Below are positions 35,001 through 36,820 of a stretch of 36,820 nt of DNA, one piece after another; the stretch's first letter is position 1, and every line of letters begins with the position of its first letter. Below the pieces are notes generated by a model. The model did no database searches, was not told where the DNA came from, and saw only the letters and a program-made list of their open reading frames with translations. Source of the stretch: a phage; the sequence record PZ239915.1, one strand, 5' to 3'. The translations under genes and the position numbers were made by a program.

Positions 35001-35464
35001 ATGGGATTAGTCTTGGCCTGAAATACAACGGACAGACTTATTCATCCGGCATGAGTATGGAGCTTGTTGGCACTGGTGGAAATGTTCGCAGTCAGTTCAT
35101 ATTTGACGCAAACAGGTTCGCAATCAGTAACGGAATTGGTTCTGGTTCCGGTCAGTGGCAACTCCCCTTTGTTGTCGAGAACGGAAACGTAATCATCCAA
35201 AGCGCAGTAATCGGCGACGGATCAATTACTAACGCGAAGATTGGTAATATAATTTCATCAAATGATTATGTGGCGGGCTCTCAGGGATGGGCGATACTGA
35301 AAAGTGGTGCGTCAGAGTTCAATAACACAACTGTAAGGGGCAATCTTTACGCTAACAATGGTAACTTTGCTTTTAACGGAACCAATAACACGGTTCAGAT
35401 TAACAATAACGGAATAACTGTAAACTTACCGAACGGAGGGAGAGTTGTAGTTGGAGTGTGGTAA
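32039..35464 (+). CDS. central tail fibre / host specificity protein (lambda gpJ-like)
   Basis: 1141 aa; blocks recalled from lambda J are visible (IRKITPDSTSS, QVPTNYDPETRTYSGTWNG...WVLYDLVTNRRYG). Start may be a downstream in-frame ATG (32078). Confidence 0.85.
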   Translation: MAQMIKTNMRLCDMAEEIKIYGAKGGSQKQHQPVEQEDNLISLNKVKVLLAVADGEVDPNFSMKDLYLADVPVQNQDGSYNYDGVRAEFRAGTQYQDYIAGLDGANSEIQASREITNDTPYIIAVNNTQLSAIRVKLFWPRLVKQESNGDLNGTTCEYAIDLSVNGGAYQEYTRGVANGKTTTGYDRSIRVNLPAEFDSALVRIRKITPDSTSSTLVNGMQITTYQEVIDAKFRYPLTALVYVEFSSDLFPNGIPTISIKKRWKLIQVPTNYDPETRTYSGTWNGLFKMAWSNNPAWVLYDLVTNRRYGLDQRELGVEIDKWGLYEAAQFCDQMVPDGKGGLEPRYLCDMVVQNKVEAYTLIRDICSIFRGLTFYDGEKIGIVVDKPRNPSYIFTNDNVVNGLFSRTFASDKSLYTTANVQFDDVENNYQQDVEPVFELEATRRFGFNPVDITAIGCTRRSEANRRGRWLLKTNLRSETISFTTGLEGMIPMIGEVIAVNDAAWSSNYQLNLSGRIESAQGLQVFTPFKVDAAPGDRILLNKPDGSPEARTIASVSEDGRTINLNTAFSFVAQTDTVFAIDKDNLALQQYVVTGIQKADSDGSDSFQYTITAVEYDPNKYDEIDYGVNIVDRPTSIVEPDRLSPPENLTVSSYSKVVQGLSVETMVIGWDKAPYAKTYNVQWRKENGNWINVPRTASTEVDIEGIYAGIYDVRVRSVSDTENVSAWSDIVTVSLTGKIGRPSAPTVVTASTDEVFGIRVKWGFPDGSGDTAYTELQQVPDNGDGTYNPDNASLLTLLPYPAYEYWHTPIQPGKVIWYRARLIDRIGNTSDWSDFARGMSTDDANIINEYIKVDIEGSEGFKYLEQNAIQKNQDIQNQAESILENALANDTDVRRMTKENGKRKAEYVQAVNLIADETQARVEALTQLKAQIDDEVVSSITEVQTALATETEARTTADTQLSARLGENEAALNQKLDAFSNATSTGVQYGISLGLKYNGQTYSSGMSMELVGTGGNVRSQFIFDANRFAISNGIGSGSGQWQLPFVVENGNVIIQSAVIGDGSITNAKIGNIISSNDYVAGSQGWAILKSGASEFNNTTVRGNLYANNGNFAFNGTNNTVQINNNGITVNLPNGGRVVVGVW

Positions 35465-35465
35465 T

Positions 35466-35498
35466 AAATAAAGCCCCTTAATTGGGGCTTTTCTTTTA
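35466..35498. terminator. bidirectional terminator between convergent J-like and RBP-like genes
   Basis: A-rich run, AGCCCC/GGGGCT stem, T-rich run. Confidence 0.6.
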
Positions 35499-36467
35499 GT
35501 AGAAGTTTGGGATAAATGGAAGTGCCATTGATATGTTCGTGTCGAAAGGAAACTGAGCGCCTGATTGCGTCGAGTAGTTACCAATTACAGAGCCAGGAAC
35601 AGCCCTAACAGAGCCTCCAGACATGCAGACCCCCTTGTACCTTAAGTTGTTGTAACCTCCAGTAACTCTAGTCGTAGCTCCGCATCTAAGCAGCGGGAAG
35701 AATCCACCATTTATTGACTGGTATCCATTATTGATCTGAATGAATCCACCAAGAACAAATGGTCGCCTAACGCTCGAAAAAACAATCTGACCAGAGCTGT
35801 TTGACATTGTAAGTCCGGGTCCAGCTAGTGGTGGTTCATTCCTGAATATCACCAACTGAACGTAAGTACTTGCCGCAACATCATCTGTACCTCCGTAGGT
35901 TATATCCCTACACCATATTGTTGATCCATCTGATTCAAGTGATACGTTTGGATTATCCCACTTGCCGAATGGTATTCCGCTAACTGGTAGCGATGCTTCA
36001 CCGTTAACCTGTATGCCCCCAACCCAGGCCGCAGACATTAGCCGCGAGTTGCTTGATATAGCAAGGAAATCAGTTGAGTTCTCAACAAGTATTCCAGGAC
36101 TTGATGAGGATGAAGCCGGTAGTATCTCAAAGCAATTCCCTGCAAAGTCAATTATTCGACCATTAGCACCATTGAAGTTACTGAGCGTTATCCTACCAGT
36201 GCCGTCATTTACCTTTTGAAACCCGTTCATGTAATAAACTTCGGGTATAACATCGTAAGCGTCAACGTGGACTGCTTTCGTTGGTAGGCAGAAAGCCGTA
36301 GAGCCAGGAGACATTGTCAATCCAAAATCCCACGAACTTGCTGGGGTTGAAAGTCCATTGGTATTTATTGATCCAGTCACAGCGGGGGCCCTTAATCCTG
36401 CCGTGATTTCCATCGCTGGCCTTCCGTCATTCAGGTCTATTAGAATACCCTGCGGCATTATTTCCAC
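35496..36467 (-). CDS. putative receptor-binding protein
   Basis: 323-aa Gly/Ser/Asn-rich ORF convergent with the J-like gene and co-oriented with (overlapping) a small lipoprotein gene; arrangement resembles T5 oad/llp. Confidence 0.5.
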   Translation of the reverse strand: MEIMPQGILIDLNDGRPAMEITAGLRAPAVTGSINTNGLSTPASSWDFGLTMSPGSTAFCLPTKAVHVDAYDVIPEVYYMNGFQKVNDGTGRITLSNFNGANGRIIDFAGNCFEILPASSSSSPGILVENSTDFLAISSNSRLMSAAWVGGIQVNGEASLPVSGIPFGKWDNPNVSLESDGSTIWCRDITYGGTDDVAASTYVQLVIFRNEPPLAGPGLTMSNSSGQIVFSSVRRPFVLGGFIQINNGYQSINGGFFPLLRCGATTRVTGGYNNLRYKGVCMSGGSVRAVPGSVIGNYSTQSGAQFPFDTNISMALPFIPNFY

Positions 36468-36703
36468 TCCTTACTTCCGTGATCAGCTACTGACCCACCG
36501 TAACCGCCACCGACCTTGCTTTCAATTCCAGCGTAGCGAATATCAACCTCACCCGCCGGAACAACTACACCGCCTTTCCACTTAGACACGCACACGCCGT
36601 TTGCTTGCGTTGCACACCAACCATCCGGGCGAGGACCTGAAGAACAGCCCACAATCATGATTGCTGCTGCTGCGATGATTGCTGATTTGATTAATTTATT
36701 CAT
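36458..36703 (-). CDS. small lipoprotein, putative superinfection-exclusion factor (Llp/Cor-like)
   Basis: 81 aa; signal peptide with lipobox IVGCSS plus two further Cys ([10 protein letters not shown]); directly upstream of the RBP-like gene; promoter box upstream on the minus strand. Confidence 0.5.
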   Translation of the reverse strand: MNKLIKSAIIAAAAIMIVGCSSGPRPDGWCATQANGVCVSKWKGGVVVPAGEVDIRYAGIESKVGGGYGGSVADHGSKEWK

Positions 36704-36743
36704 TTTGTATTCCTTAGTAATTTCGTTTCGTTTCGATGGAGTA

Positions 36744-36790
36744 ATAATACAACCGTCAGTGAGGAATGTCTTTAGCTATTCGTGCTATTG
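36744..36790 (-). promoter_or_regulatory. conserved box variant + -10-like hexamer (minus strand)
   Basis: Minus strand reads AATAGCACGAATAGCTAAAG, 23 bp, TATTAT, then CCATCGAAACGAAACGAAA leader before the lipoprotein gene. Confidence 0.45.
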
Positions 36791-36820
36791 TATACACGTA
36801 ACCGATGTAACTCGATGTAT

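Noticed and set aside
1-36820. Integrase, attachment site, transposase or plasmid functions that would indicate a prophage or other mobile element
   Set aside because: No integrase or recombinase-like ORF, no repressor/anti-repressor pair and no tRNA-adjacent att-like repeat were seen; the content is that of a virulent-type phage genome segment.

Overview
This window reads as a large segment of a T1-like (Drexlerviridae-like) siphophage genome; that family call rests on gene content and order and is an inference, not a search result. Left to right: a plus-strand block of small early genes with a VRR-NUC nuclease, an HTH-metallophosphoesterase, a HAD-type phosphatase and a dNMP-kinase-like P-loop protein; a lysis cassette (holin, SAR endolysin, unimolecular spanin); a minus-strand accessory island (HNH endonuclease, a 527-aa P-loop-like protein, small ORFs); a ~700-bp AT-rich divergent control region with iterons and palindromes; a second plus-strand block of about 17 small early genes; one tRNA-Arg(UCU); then a complete morphogenesis module (terminase small and large subunits, portal, scaffold-like protein, major capsid, connectors, major tail, G/GT chaperone with -1 frameshift, tape measure, lambda-like M, L, K, I, J) and a convergent receptor-binding-protein plus lipoprotein pair. 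The most notable unexplained signal is a conserved composite element present about 15 times on both strands right after stop codons: a palindromic box AATAGCAC-N3-TTGCTA, a -10-like hexamer 22-23 bp downstream, and a CATCGAAACGAGA-like leader. Its geometry suggests activator-dependent phage promoters. Other items of interest are a long/short paralogue pair on opposite strands, and two promoter-gene-terminator moron cassettes inserted in the structural module. Several ORF-track starts were moved to downstream ATGs with Shine-Dalgarno support. All functional calls are from motifs and synteny read by eye; no database search was run.
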